The notes: generated from the letters alone by a model not told the origin. 64,000 nucleotides of DNA from Thermoguttaceae bacterium (GCA_045586185.1 JAZMZV010000246.1:10945-74944); one strand, 5' to 3'. Positions 54,019-63,259 are shown, counted from the first letter of the stretch. Numbers and translations: made by a program.

Positions 54019-56745
54019 TTACTCATCTTTATTCGACAGGGTAACCTGAACGGACTTGGTCAGGTATTTCTTCGCGACGGCTTTGACCTGGTCAAGCGTT
54101 ACGGCGTTGATTCGGGCGGCGGAACCCTTTTGGTATTCCGGCCCCAGTCCGAGGATCGTATCGACCGCCGCCTGAGTCGCCTGATCGCTGGCGGTCGTGT
54201 TGTCCTGGGCTTCCATGGCGATAATCATTTCCTTGGCTTTTTCGAATTCTTCTTCGGTAATCGTTCCCGCCTTCGCCTTTTCGATGTTCTTGCGAATTCG
54301 TTCAACGACTTCGTCAACGGCGTCCGGGCGAGTTTGGGCGATAATCGTGAAGTATCCGGGGCTGATTCCCGCCATGCGGATTCCGTGAACGCTGTAAACC
54401 AGCCCAGCGCCGCGCAGTTCCGGGAACAGCCAGCCGCCGGGGTATCCGCAGCCGGTAACAATTCCGTTGAGAACGTACATCGCGTTGTAATCTTCGACGT
54501 TGAGCATGGACGGGCACTCGTACCCGATAAGAATCATGGCAGTCGTCTTTTCCGTCTTGACGCGTTTGACAACCGACTGTTCAATCGTGTTGACGCTGTC
54601 AAAGGAAACGACAGGTCGAGCGGTTTGCTTGAGATTTCCAAAGAGCTTTTTCGCCTGAGCGACGGCGTCTTCGGTGGAGACGTCTCCGAAAATGGCGACG
54701 ACCATGCCGTCCGGCTGAACGTACGTCTGATGGTACTTTCTGACGTCGTCGAGCGTCAAGCTGGAAACGGATTCAATAGTACCGCCGACGATGTGGCTAA
54801 ACACGCTGGTTTTGGGCAGCGCGCCGAAGAACGCGTCTCGAGCCTCGGAACGCGGGTCGGCTTTCTTCTTTTGAAGGAGGCCGATTGTCTGAATTTTCAG
54901 TTTGGCGAATTCCTCTTCCGGGAGCGTCGGACGGAGGAAACATTCCGCCAGAATTTCCGACGCCTTGGGGAAGTCCTCTTTGAGAGTCAGGATGGATCCG
55001 GAAGTGGTGTTGCGAGCGGCTGTAAAGCCAATCGACCCGCCGATAAGGTCGAAGTACTCGGCAATTTGAGCGGCTGTCATGTCTTGGCAGCCCCTTTCAA
55101 ACATGTTGGCTGACAGCAGACTCACCCCGGCGTTTTCCGGCGTTTCGACAACCGCGCCGCCTTTAACGTAGACCTGCATCGAAACCAGCGGCAGGTTGGG
55201 AATCCGCTTTGTCAAAATGGTTACGCCGTTTTCCAGCGTCAGCTGTTGAATTGGGAAATCGGTCGCTTCAGCGGCGCTTTGAGTCGCTTTTTGCGATTTG
55301 CCCAACGGGGTAATAACGACTTTATTGAATCGTTCCGGAACAAGGTATTTTCGGGCAACGCGCTGAACGTCCTGCGCTGTCACCTTTTTAATCTGTTCAA
55401 CGTAGGTGTTGTCAAACAGCGGATCGCCGGTGGCAATGTAGGACTGCGCCAGATTGTCCGCCTGCGCCTGAATCGTCTGAAGACCAAAAATCTGCTCGGC
55501 AACTTTTTGCTTTTTAGCTTTCTCGAGCAGTTCTTCCGGAATGAGGACGTCGCGCATCTTGTAGATGTCGGCAACAACCTGGTCAACTACGGCAGGATAG
55601 TTTTCTTCCGTCAGAGACATCTGAACGGCGAACATGCCCGGCGCATAGTTGGGCGTTGAGCTGGACGCGCCAATCGACAGAGCCAGAGGGTTGTCCATGC
55701 AGTATTTTTTGACCAGAAGGGAACTTGCGCCTTCAGCCAAAACGTAGTCGAGAATATCCAGCGGGTACATGTCGGGGGAATCGATGCTGACCGTCGGCCA
55801 GAAGACGGCAACGTCAAAAGTCGCGCCGTCCATCTCTCTGACCGCAAAGCGAGGCGACGCCTGCAGCGGTTCCTGAGGAACGACAATGTCGTTCATCTTG
55901 CCGCGGGGCGTTCCCTCGTAATTCTTGCGAACGCGTTCGAGAATCTCGTCTGTTTTGACGTCGCCCACAACGACGAAAATCTGGTTGTTGGGAATGTATC
56001 GCTGTTTATAGAAAGAAATAATGTCGTCGTTGGAAGCTCGCTGCAAGACGTCCAAATATCCAATAACGGGCAGTCGGGCAGGATGCTTCAGATAGCGGGT
56101 TTCAGAAATCAGCTTCCACATAACCCGAGCGCGGCTGGCTTCGCCGTCTCGAAGTTCCTGCTGAACGACTTGCAGTTCCCGGTTGAATTCTTTGGGAACA
56201 AAGGCGATATGCTGCATTTCGTCCGCGATGATGTCAACCGCCTTGATGACGTCTTTGGACGGGCAGTCGATAAAGTACGCAGTAACGTTGATAGACGTAA
56301 AGGCATTGGTAACGCCGCCCATGCGGTCAACCATATCTTCCGTTTCCGCCTCGGTTCGAGTTGCTGTAGACCCGCCGGAAACGACGTGTTCCAGAACGTG
56401 GCTCAAGCCGGCGCCCAGATGTCCGGTTTCGTTCATGCTGCCGGTGTTTTTAACAAAGCAGCGAACCGTCGCGTTGGGAGCGGTATGGTTTTCCTGAATA
56501 AGAATCGTCAAACCGTTGGACAGTTTCGCCATCGTCAAACCTGGTTGAAGCGTTTCTCGGCTGAGAACTGTCAATGGTTCGGTTGTCGGCGTGGAAGAGG
56601 AAGATGAATTCATAGCAGAAGTCGCAGCGGGGGAAAGTGGTGAAGTTTGAGCAAACGCGTCGCTGGACGCAAACGCCATCAACGCTCCGAGCGCCAGCAC
56701 GGCAAGCCGGGACGTCCGGACGTTGGAAAGGAATTGAACGGACAT
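54019..56745 (-). CDS. exported M16-family (pitrilysin/insulinase-like) zinc peptidase, double-length
   Basis: Start moved to ATG 56745 (signal peptide MSVQFLSNVRTSRLAVLALGALMAFASSDAFA). Inverted zinc motif GLSHVLEHVV (HxxEH). A second, inactive M16 unit is present. Confidence 0.9.
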   Translation of the reverse strand: MSVQFLSNVRTSRLAVLALGALMAFASSDAFAQTSPLSPAATSAMNSSSSSTPTTEPLTVLSRETLQPGLTMAKLSNGLTILIQENHTAPNATVRCFVKNTGSMNETGHLGAGLSHVLEHVVSGGSTATRTEAETEDMVDRMGGVTNAFTSINVTAYFIDCPSKDVIKAVDIIADEMQHIAFVPKEFNRELQVVQQELRDGEASRARVMWKLISETRYLKHPARLPVIGYLDVLQRASNDDIISFYKQRYIPNNQIFVVVGDVKTDEILERVRKNYEGTPRGKMNDIVVPQEPLQASPRFAVREMDGATFDVAVFWPTVSIDSPDMYPLDILDYVLAEGASSLLVKKYCMDNPLALSIGASSSTPNYAPGMFAVQMSLTEENYPAVVDQVVADIYKMRDVLIPEELLEKAKKQKVAEQIFGLQTIQAQADNLAQSYIATGDPLFDNTYVEQIKKVTAQDVQRVARKYLVPERFNKVVITPLGKSQKATQSAAEATDFPIQQLTLENGVTILTKRIPNLPLVSMQVYVKGGAVVETPENAGVSLLSANMFERGCQDMTAAQIAEYFDLIGGSIGFTAARNTTSGSILTLKEDFPKASEILAECFLRPTLPEEEFAKLKIQTIGLLQKKKADPRSEARDAFFGALPKTSVFSHIVGGTIESVSSLTLDDVRKYHQTYVQPDGMVVAIFGDVSTEDAVAQAKKLFGNLKQTARPVVSFDSVNTIEQSVVKRVKTEKTTAMILIGYECPSMLNVEDYNAMYVLNGIVTGCGYPGGWLFPELRGAGLVYSVHGIRMAGISPGYFTIIAQTRPDAVDEVVERIRKNIEKAKAGTITEEEFEKAKEMIIAMEAQDNTTASDQATQAAVDTILGLGPEYQKGSAARINAVTLDQVKAVAKKYLTKSVQVTLSNKDE

Positions 56746-56908
56746 AAGTTTTTCTCTTAAAGGGGTTAAAATTGAAACAACATTATATTTTAAACTATAT
56801 AATAATATTATACACGAAAACAATATTTAATGATACGTCAAAAGTCCCCTATTTGTTCTTTTTTATCTAAAATAGAGGGGAAAAGTTAGAAAAAGAGACA
56901 GTATTAAA

Positions 56909-57030
56909 TAGCTTTTAGCCTCTAGCTTCTAGTTATTAGCTTTGTGATTTTAGCTTCCTGCTTTAATGAATAAACCTGAGAACCACAAAAAACAAGCTAA
57001 CAGCTAGCGGCTAGCAGCTAATAGCTTATC
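56909..57030. repeat. ~120-nt GCTAG-family long-hairpin element, copy 2
   Basis: ATAGCTTTTAGCCTCTAGCTTCTAGTTATTAGCTTTGTGATTTTAGCTTCCTGCTTTAATGAATAAACCTGAGAACCACAAAAAACAAGCTAACAGCTAGCGGCTAGCAGCTAATAGCTTATC aligns along its length with 25707-25838. Confidence 0.85.
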
Positions 57031-57149
57031 TCCCCCCCTATTCCATTTTAAAATTGGTTTTGATATAATAAAGGATAATTTATAATTCGAGCGTTGTTTA
57101 GATTTTTTCATCGAACGCTTTCCCTTCCTTTAACCCTGTAAAAAAGATC

Positions 57150-58625
57150 ATGACTGTCAAAAGAAAGATTTCCAGACGAGATTTCGTTAAAGCCAGCGTC
57201 GTCGTTACCGGCGCGGCGGTTTGCCCTTTGTTTGTTTCGTCCGAAGCATTTGGAGCGAACGACCGTCTGCGCGGCGCCGTGTTGGGCGTTGGAAGTCGAG
57301 GAAATCATCACGTTCAGGCGTTTTCCGGCATTAACGACGTGGAAATCGTCGGAACGGCTGACGCTGATTTGAATCGCGCCAACAGCGCTGCAAAATGGGT
57401 CAAAGATAAAAAGGGAAACGACTGTGCAGCCGTTCAGGACGCCCGCCAGCTCTTTGACGACAAGGACATCGATTTCGTTTCTATCGCGTCCTGCAACCAT
57501 TGGCATTCGCTTCTGGGAATTTGGGCGGCGCAGGCGGGAAAACACGTCTACGTTGAAAAACCCTGTTCGCAAAACCTCTTTGAGGGCTGTCAGCTGGCGG
57601 CGGCGATGAGAAAGTACAACGTCTGCATTCAGCACGGAACGCAGCGACGCTGCGACTTTGGAACAAAAAAAGGCGCAGTCGCCTGGGCAAAGGGAATGTT
57701 CGGGAAACCGATTGCCGTCAAGGCGTTTGCCAATCGACCGCGCAACCCCATGCCGTTTCTTCCAGACGCGCCTGCCCCGCAAAACATCGATTGGGATTTG
57801 TGGGTCGGTCCGGCGGCGAAGGTTCCCTTTAGCGAACGATACGTCCCGTACAACTGGCACTGGTACTGGAATTTCGGAAACGGGGAAATCGGCAACAACG
57901 GCGTCCATTACTTTGACGTCTGCCGAATCGGTTTGACGCAGTTTTTCCCCGATCTCAAGTTCCCGCAAAACGTCGTTTTTTTCGGAACGCGAACTGTTAT
58001 CGACAAAGAACATAATTATAAGGACGCCGCTGAGACCCCAACCGTCATGCTGGGGATTTGCGACTTTAACGGGATCCCGCTTGTTTTCCAGTCCTGCAAT
58101 TTGAGAAATCGCAACAACGAAAAATGGAATCCGCGCGAAGTCGGCTGGTTTGTAACAGAAGACGGATACATTCAAGGCTCGACGTTCCATTCCAACAGCG
58201 GAAAGACGGAACAAATCAATATTGACTGCGACGCGCTCAATCCCGGCGACATCTTCCAGAACTTTATCAACTGCGTTCGCGACAATACGCCGGACAAGCT
58301 CAACGCGCCGATTACCGAAGGGCATTTCAGCGCCGGCATTTGTCACTTGGGCAACGTCTCCTATCGTTCCGGGTCAACCGCCGCGCTAAGAGGCTGCCGC
58401 GACGCCGTCGGGAACAATCCGATTATGCAGCAGACGATTGACGAAACGCTCGACAACGTCCAGTTCTGTCTGCCGGAACTTGACCTCAACAAAGACGTTT
58501 CCTGGACGCTGGGCAAAAAGATTTCCATCAACAACGACACGTTCCAGATTGACGGCATGCCGGACGCTAACGCTCTGCTAACTCGTCCGCAGCGCGCGCC
58601 GTACATCGTTCCAACAATTGAATAA
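57150..58625 (+). CDS. Tat-exported Gfo/Idh/MocA-family oxidoreductase
   Basis: Tat signal KISRRDFVKASVVVTGAAV, Rossmann motif RGAVLGVGSRGNHHVQAF and VYVEKP. Confidence 0.9.
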   Translation: MTVKRKISRRDFVKASVVVTGAAVCPLFVSSEAFGANDRLRGAVLGVGSRGNHHVQAFSGINDVEIVGTADADLNRANSAAKWVKDKKGNDCAAVQDARQLFDDKDIDFVSIASCNHWHSLLGIWAAQAGKHVYVEKPCSQNLFEGCQLAAAMRKYNVCIQHGTQRRCDFGTKKGAVAWAKGMFGKPIAVKAFANRPRNPMPFLPDAPAPQNIDWDLWVGPAAKVPFSERYVPYNWHWYWNFGNGEIGNNGVHYFDVCRIGLTQFFPDLKFPQNVVFFGTRTVIDKEHNYKDAAETPTVMLGICDFNGIPLVFQSCNLRNRNNEKWNPREVGWFVTEDGYIQGSTFHSNSGKTEQINIDCDALNPGDIFQNFINCVRDNTPDKLNAPITEGHFSAGICHLGNVSYRSGSTAALRGCRDAVGNNPIMQQTIDETLDNVQFCLPELDLNKDVSWTLGKKISINNDTFQIDGMPDANALLTRPQRAPYIVPTIE

Positions 58626-58630
58626 CTTAA

Positions 58631-58762
58631 GACAGTAGGCAATAGTGGAATGTGGTTAGTGGTAAGTGGTTAGTGAGATGAGCGCTTGCGTCCTAACCAC
58701 TAACCACTAATAACTTACTACTATTCCCTACTCCCTACCCCTCACCTACTAACCCCTTCCCT
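58631..58762. repeat. heptamer-array element (GGCAATA/GGTTAGT arm, ACCACTA/CCCTACT arm) containing the 65-nt element 58644-58708
   Basis: GACAGTAGGCAAT AGTGGAATGTGGTTAGTGGTAAGTGGTTAGTGAGATGAGCGCTTGCGTCCTAACCACTAACCACT AATAACTTACTACTATTCCCTACTCCCTACCCCTCACCTACTAACCCC. Confidence 0.9.
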
Positions 58763-58765
58763 ACC

Positions 58766-60163
58766 ATGACTCGTTACATCACAACTATCGTTTTTGCTTT
58801 GTTTATCTCGCTGACGTCGGCGCTGTTGGCCGACGAGATGATTCAAGTCGTTAACTTTACCGACGGGACGGAAATTGATTACCCGGTCGCGCTGCTGCGA
58901 GGGCGTCTTTCCGATGAAACCGCAACGGAAATCGTCTGTACGAATTTGTCGTCGCAGAAAGCGTCTCGACAGATTCACGGCGACGCCTGGAAAGGTCAGT
59001 TTAAAGTTCTTGCTGAACTCGTTCCCGGTGAAAACGAACTCGAACTGACAAGCGGAGACAATAAAACAACGCTGAAGCTGAACTACAAAAAGAACTCCAA
59101 TCCGCTGGTCGTCCGCATGATTTACATGACGGATTCCACCGGCGACACGACGTTCCAAACGCCGTATGAAAACGACCCTCAGAACTTCAAGGGCAAGCTG
59201 GACACGGCTCTTAAATTGATGCAGTGTTTTACCGCTGAAACCATGAATGACGCCGGGCTTGGCAGAAAGACGTTCAATCTGGAACTGGACGAAAACGGCA
59301 ACGTCATTGTTCACGTCTTCAAAGGGGAGAAGACGATGGAAGAATACGCCGCTCTTTCTGATAACGAATGGTATTCAACGGTCTATCGGGAAATTTCAAA
59401 TGACTTCCCGTGGTACAATGGGAAGAACCTCGTCATTCCCGCTTACACGCGTTTTGATCCTGAAACCAAACGGGCGAAATGTCACACAGCCCTGGGCGGC
59501 GGAAGTCTGGCTCTGTTTGGATCGGGCTGCATGTACACGTGGCCGGACTCGCTCGACGGCGTTGTCAAGGCGTTTACAGATTCCACGCCCGTTGATAAAG
59601 AACGTTTCCATGACGACACCGCTTTCCGTTCCGTCTATTGGGCAGCGGCGTCAACGACAATCGGCGCGGCTCTGCACGAGTTGGGACACACCTTCGGTCT
59701 GCCTCACTCCAACCAGCCGCGCGACATCATGACCCGTGGAATCGACCAGTTCAACCGCTTTTTCGTTATGCGTGAAGCCCCCAGCCGATACAACCGAGAT
59801 TGGCGGGAAAATTTGGATGACAGAGCCGCCAACTGGTCGCTCATTTCCGCCGCGGCGCTGAACGTCAGCCCGTTCTTCCAGGACGAAGCGCCGGCTGAGA
59901 ATCAAGGAAGAGTTAGTCTGCAGATTGTCGACGACGGGAAAGCTGTTGAGGTCGAGGCGGAAAACGGCATCGCCTATTTCGGCGTTATGTCTGACGGACA
60001 TCGCCAGTATTTCGTTGCCCCTCAACCAGGTCAGGAGCTGCCTAAGCAGATGCGATTCTCCGTTCAGGAACTCAAAGACAACGTCAAAAATATCAAAGGC
60101 AGTTTGGAAATTCACGCCATTGACCGCTACGGAAAGACGAGAAGCGTTCATGTTAGGCCGTAG
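58766..60163 (+). CDS. exported metzincin-type zinc metalloprotease (paralogue 1)
   Basis: Signal peptide MTRYITTIVFALFISLTSALLA. HELGHTFGLPHS (HExxHxxGxxH). 465 aa. Confidence 0.85.
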   Translation: MTRYITTIVFALFISLTSALLADEMIQVVNFTDGTEIDYPVALLRGRLSDETATEIVCTNLSSQKASRQIHGDAWKGQFKVLAELVPGENELELTSGDNKTTLKLNYKKNSNPLVVRMIYMTDSTGDTTFQTPYENDPQNFKGKLDTALKLMQCFTAETMNDAGLGRKTFNLELDENGNVIVHVFKGEKTMEEYAALSDNEWYSTVYREISNDFPWYNGKNLVIPAYTRFDPETKRAKCHTALGGGSLALFGSGCMYTWPDSLDGVVKAFTDSTPVDKERFHDDTAFRSVYWAAASTTIGAALHELGHTFGLPHSNQPRDIMTRGIDQFNRFFVMREAPSRYNRDWRENLDDRAANWSLISAAALNVSPFFQDEAPAENQGRVSLQIVDDGKAVEVEAENGIAYFGVMSDGHRQYFVAPQPGQELPKQMRFSVQELKDNVKNIKGSLEIHAIDRYGKTRSVHVRP

Positions 60164-60238
60164 GGAATAGACAGTAGGCAGTAGTAGTTCGCCTTCGGCG
60201 AATTTCGCTCCTCACTCCTCACTCCTAATTCCTGACTC
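60161..60238. repeat. heptamer-array element (GGGAATA/GGCAGTA arm / TTCGCC hairpin / CTCCTCA arm)
   Basis: TAGGGAATAGACAGTAGGCAGTAGTAG, TTCGCCTTCGGCGAA (60188-60202), CGCTCCTCACTCCTCACTCCTAATTCCTGACTC. The TAG stop of paralogue 1 is the first unit. Confidence 0.9.
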
Positions 60239-60276
60239 AAAACGTTCTATGTATTTCAATTAATCCCCTTTTTACC

Positions 60277-61680
60277 ATGACTCGTTACATTACAACTTTT
60301 GTTTTTGCTTTATTTATTTCGTTGACGTCGGCGCTGTTTGCCGACGAGGAAATTCAAGTCGTCAATTTTACCGACGGGACGGAAATCGACTACCCGGTCG
60401 CGTTGCTGCGCGGGCGTCTTTATGACGAATCCGCAACGGAAATCGTCTGTACGAATTTGTCGTCGCAAAAAGCCTCTCGACAGATTCACGGCGACGCCTG
60501 GAAAGGTCAGTTCAAAGTCCTTGCTGAACTCGTTCCGGGTGAAAATGAACTTGAACTGACAAGTGGGGATTATAAAACAACGCTGAAACTGAACTACAAA
60601 AAGAACTCTAATCCGCTGGTTATCCGCATGATTTACATGACGGATTCGACTGGCGACACGACTTTTCAAACGCCGTATAAAAATGACCCGCAAAATTTCA
60701 AGGGCAAGCTTGACACGGCTCTTAAATTGATGCAGTGCTTTACAGCAGAAACCATGAACGACGCCGGGCTTGGCAGAAAGACGTTCAATCTGGAACTGGA
60801 CGAAAACGGCGACGTCGTCGTTCACGTTATAAAAGGGAAGAAGACGGCGAAGGAATACGGCTCGGTTTCCGATGAAGACTGGTACGACATGGTTTATGAT
60901 GAAATTACGCCCCAGTTCCCGGAAGATTCCGGACGCAACCTCGTCATTCCGTCTTACACGCGTTTTGATCCCAAAACCAAAGAGGCGAAATGTCACACCG
61001 CGCTGGGCGGCGGCTGTCAGGCGCTGTTCGGCTCTGGCTGCATGTATACGTGGCCGGATTCGCTCGATAGCGTTGTCAAGGCGTTTACGGACTTCACCCC
61101 CGTTGACGGCAAACATTTCCATGACGATTCCGCTTACCGTTCCGTTTACTGGGCGTCGGCGTCAACGACAATCGGCGCGTCACTGCACGAGTTGGGACAC
61201 ACTTTCGATTTGCCCCATTCCACCGAACCGCGCGACATCATGACCCGAGGAATCGACCAGTTCAACCGCTTTTTCGTCATGCGGGAAGCCCCAAGTAAAG
61301 AAAACGACGATTGGCTGGAAAACATCGACAACGAAGCCGCCAACTGGTCGCCCATTTCCGCCGCGGCGCTTAACGTCAACCGGTTCTTCCAGGATGAACC
61401 GCCGAAAGACGACGAAGGGAACGTCGACATTGAGCTTATTGACGACAATCAGACCGTTAAACTCGAAGCGGAAAACGGCATCGCCTTTTTCGGCGTCGCG
61501 TCCGGTGAAGATCGTCAGCTGTACGTTGCGCCTCTACCCGGTCAGCCGCTGCCAAAACAGATGCGATTCTCCGTTGATGAACTCAAAGACGGCTGCGAGG
61601 AATTCAAAGGCGACTTGGAACTTCACGTCATGGACCGGTACGGGAAGACGGAGAGTATTCATATTAAAATAAGGGAATAG
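60277..61680 (+). CDS. exported metzincin-type zinc metalloprotease (paralogue 2)
   Basis: Signal peptide MTRYITTFVFALFISLTSALFA. HELGHTFDLPHS. 467 aa. The first ~185 aa are nearly identical to paralogue 1. Confidence 0.85.
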   Translation: MTRYITTFVFALFISLTSALFADEEIQVVNFTDGTEIDYPVALLRGRLYDESATEIVCTNLSSQKASRQIHGDAWKGQFKVLAELVPGENELELTSGDYKTTLKLNYKKNSNPLVIRMIYMTDSTGDTTFQTPYKNDPQNFKGKLDTALKLMQCFTAETMNDAGLGRKTFNLELDENGDVVVHVIKGKKTAKEYGSVSDEDWYDMVYDEITPQFPEDSGRNLVIPSYTRFDPKTKEAKCHTALGGGCQALFGSGCMYTWPDSLDSVVKAFTDFTPVDGKHFHDDSAYRSVYWASASTTIGASLHELGHTFDLPHSTEPRDIMTRGIDQFNRFFVMREAPSKENDDWLENIDNEAANWSPISAAALNVNRFFQDEPPKDDEGNVDIELIDDNQTVKLEAENGIAFFGVASGEDRQLYVAPLPGQPLPKQMRFSVDELKDGCEEFKGDLELHVMDRYGKTESIHIKIRE

Positions 61681-61800
61681 GGAATGGGGAGTAGGGAGTA
61701 GTGGAAAGTGGTTAGTGGTAAGTGGTTAGTGAGATGAACGCCTGCGTCCTTACCACTTACCACTCAAAACTTACCACTCAAAACATACCACTTAGAACTT
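61673..61800. repeat. heptamer-array element (GGGAATA/GGTTAGT arm, CTTACCA arm) containing the 65-nt element 61700-61764
   Basis: GGGAATAGGGAATGGGGAGTAGGGAGT AGTGGAAAGTGGTTAGTGGTAAGTGGTTAGTGAGATGAACGCCTGCGTCCTTACCACTTACCACT CAAAACTTACCACTCAAAACATACCACTTAGAACTT. It ends 3 nt before the umuC ATG. Confidence 0.9.
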
Positions 61801-61803
61801 ACC

Positions 61804-63063
61804 ATGCTCTTCGCTCTGGCTGACTGTAACAGTTTTTACGCGTCGTGCGAGACGGCGTTCAAGCCGTTTCTGCGCGGACGCCCTGTTATTGTCCTGTCGA
61901 ACAACGACGGCTGCGTTGTCGCCAGAAGCCGGGAAGCGAAACAGCTTGGAATCGCCATGGGCGCGCCGTTTTTCCAGATTCGGGAATTTTGCCGCGCCAA
62001 TCGCGTTGCCGTTTTTTCTTCAAACTACGCTCTTTACGGCGACATGAGCCAGCGGGTCATGCAAACCCTGGCGTCTATGGTTCCGGAAATTGAACAGTAC
62101 TCCATCGACGAGGCGTTTTTGAATCTGACCGGAATGAGAAACGTTACAACGGCGTTTGCCGAGTCTATCGTTGACCGCGTCAAGCTCTGGACGGGAATTC
62201 CGATTTCCATTGGAATCGCCCCGACCCGAACGCTGGCAAAAGTCGCCAACCGTCAGGCGAAAATGGACGGCATCAAAACCTGTCTGCTGCTGGACGAATC
62301 CAAACGAATCGACGTTCTGAAACGCTTTCCGGTGGAAGAAGTCTGGGGCGTTGGACGTCAGCTGTCGGTCAAGCTGGAACGAATGGGAATCAGGTCTGCT
62401 TTCGACCTCGCTCAGCAAGACCCGGTTCAAATCCGTAAACGATTTACCGTCATTCAGGAGGCGATGGTTCGGGAACTCAACGGGGAATCCAGCCTGGGAA
62501 ATCAGCAGTCCCCGCCGACGGCGAAAAGCATTCAGACGTCCCGCTCGTTCGGCAAGCCGCGATACGAGTTTGACGCCCTTTCTTCTGCAATTTCGACGTT
62601 CGTTTCCCGCGCGGCGGAAAAGCTGAGGGAGCAGGGACAAGTCGCTCGCGCTGTTGACGTCTATATTCGCACCAGCCCGTTTAGACCGGTCGCGCAATAC
62701 ACTGCGTCAACCGTCGTTCCGCTTGGACGTCCCACCAGCGACACGCTTCTGCTGACGCAAGCGGCTCTTGACGGGCTTGCCAAAATCTTTCAGCCTAACT
62801 TCGCCTATCAGAAAGCGGGAATTATTCTTATTGACCTGTCCTCCGCCGCAGTCAACAGCGCCCAGCTGACCTTTTTCGACGACCCGGTAGAACTGGAACG
62901 CCGCGCCGGACTGATGAAAACCCTCGACCGGCTCAACGAAAAGTTCGGCCGCAGTTCTGTCATGACGGGAACTCAGCTTTTAGACGACTCTTGGAAATCC
63001 GTCCAACAAAACACGTCCCCCCGATACACAACTGAATGGGACGATCTGCCGGTGGCAAAATAG
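61804..63063 (+). CDS. umuC: Y-family translesion DNA polymerase, UmuC-like (Pol V catalytic subunit)
   Basis: MLFALADCNSFYASCETAFKPFLRGRPVIVLSNNDGCVVARSREAKQLGIAMGAPFF is collinear with E. coli UmuC. 419 aa. Confidence 0.9.
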   Translation: MLFALADCNSFYASCETAFKPFLRGRPVIVLSNNDGCVVARSREAKQLGIAMGAPFFQIREFCRANRVAVFSSNYALYGDMSQRVMQTLASMVPEIEQYSIDEAFLNLTGMRNVTTAFAESIVDRVKLWTGIPISIGIAPTRTLAKVANRQAKMDGIKTCLLLDESKRIDVLKRFPVEEVWGVGRQLSVKLERMGIRSAFDLAQQDPVQIRKRFTVIQEAMVRELNGESSLGNQQSPPTAKSIQTSRSFGKPRYEFDALSSAISTFVSRAAEKLREQGQVARAVDVYIRTSPFRPVAQYTASTVVPLGRPTSDTLLLTQAALDGLAKIFQPNFAYQKAGIILIDLSSAAVNSAQLTFFDDPVELERRAGLMKTLDRLNEKFGRSSVMTGTQLLDDSWKSVQQNTSPRYTTEWDDLPVAK

Positions 63064-63092
63064 GCAGTAGGCAATAGGCAGTAGGCAGTAGT
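63061..63092. repeat. GGCAGTA heptamer arm
   Basis: TAGGCAGTAGGCAATAGGCAGTAGGCAGTAGT begins with the umuC TAG stop. Confidence 0.9.
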
Positions 63093-63140
63093 TATATCGT
63101 ACGCAACTGGAAACGGGGTTCTCAATAGTCAAAATTCCTC

Positions 63141-63169
63141 TTGTCAAATTGAGTGTTTTCTGCTAATAT
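63141..63169 (+). promoter_or_regulatory. sigma70-like promoter for the 63289 gene
   Basis: TTGTCA (63141-63146), 17-nt spacer, TAATAT (63164-63169). The ~110-nt leader contains the next array. Confidence 0.45.
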
Positions 63170-63180
63170 ATAATAAATTA

Positions 63181-63259
63181 GCTATTGAGTAGCGAGAAAC
63201 GATAGAACGCAACGTCTCACACAATTCTTCTCGCAACTCGTTACTCGCAACTCGCAACT
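63181..63259. repeat. short GCGAGTA-type segment plus CTCGCAA arm in a leader
   Basis: GCTATTGAGTAGCGAG, AAACGATAGAACGCAACGTCTCACACAATTCTT, CTCGCAACTCGTTACTCGCAACTCGCAAC. Confidence 0.85.
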
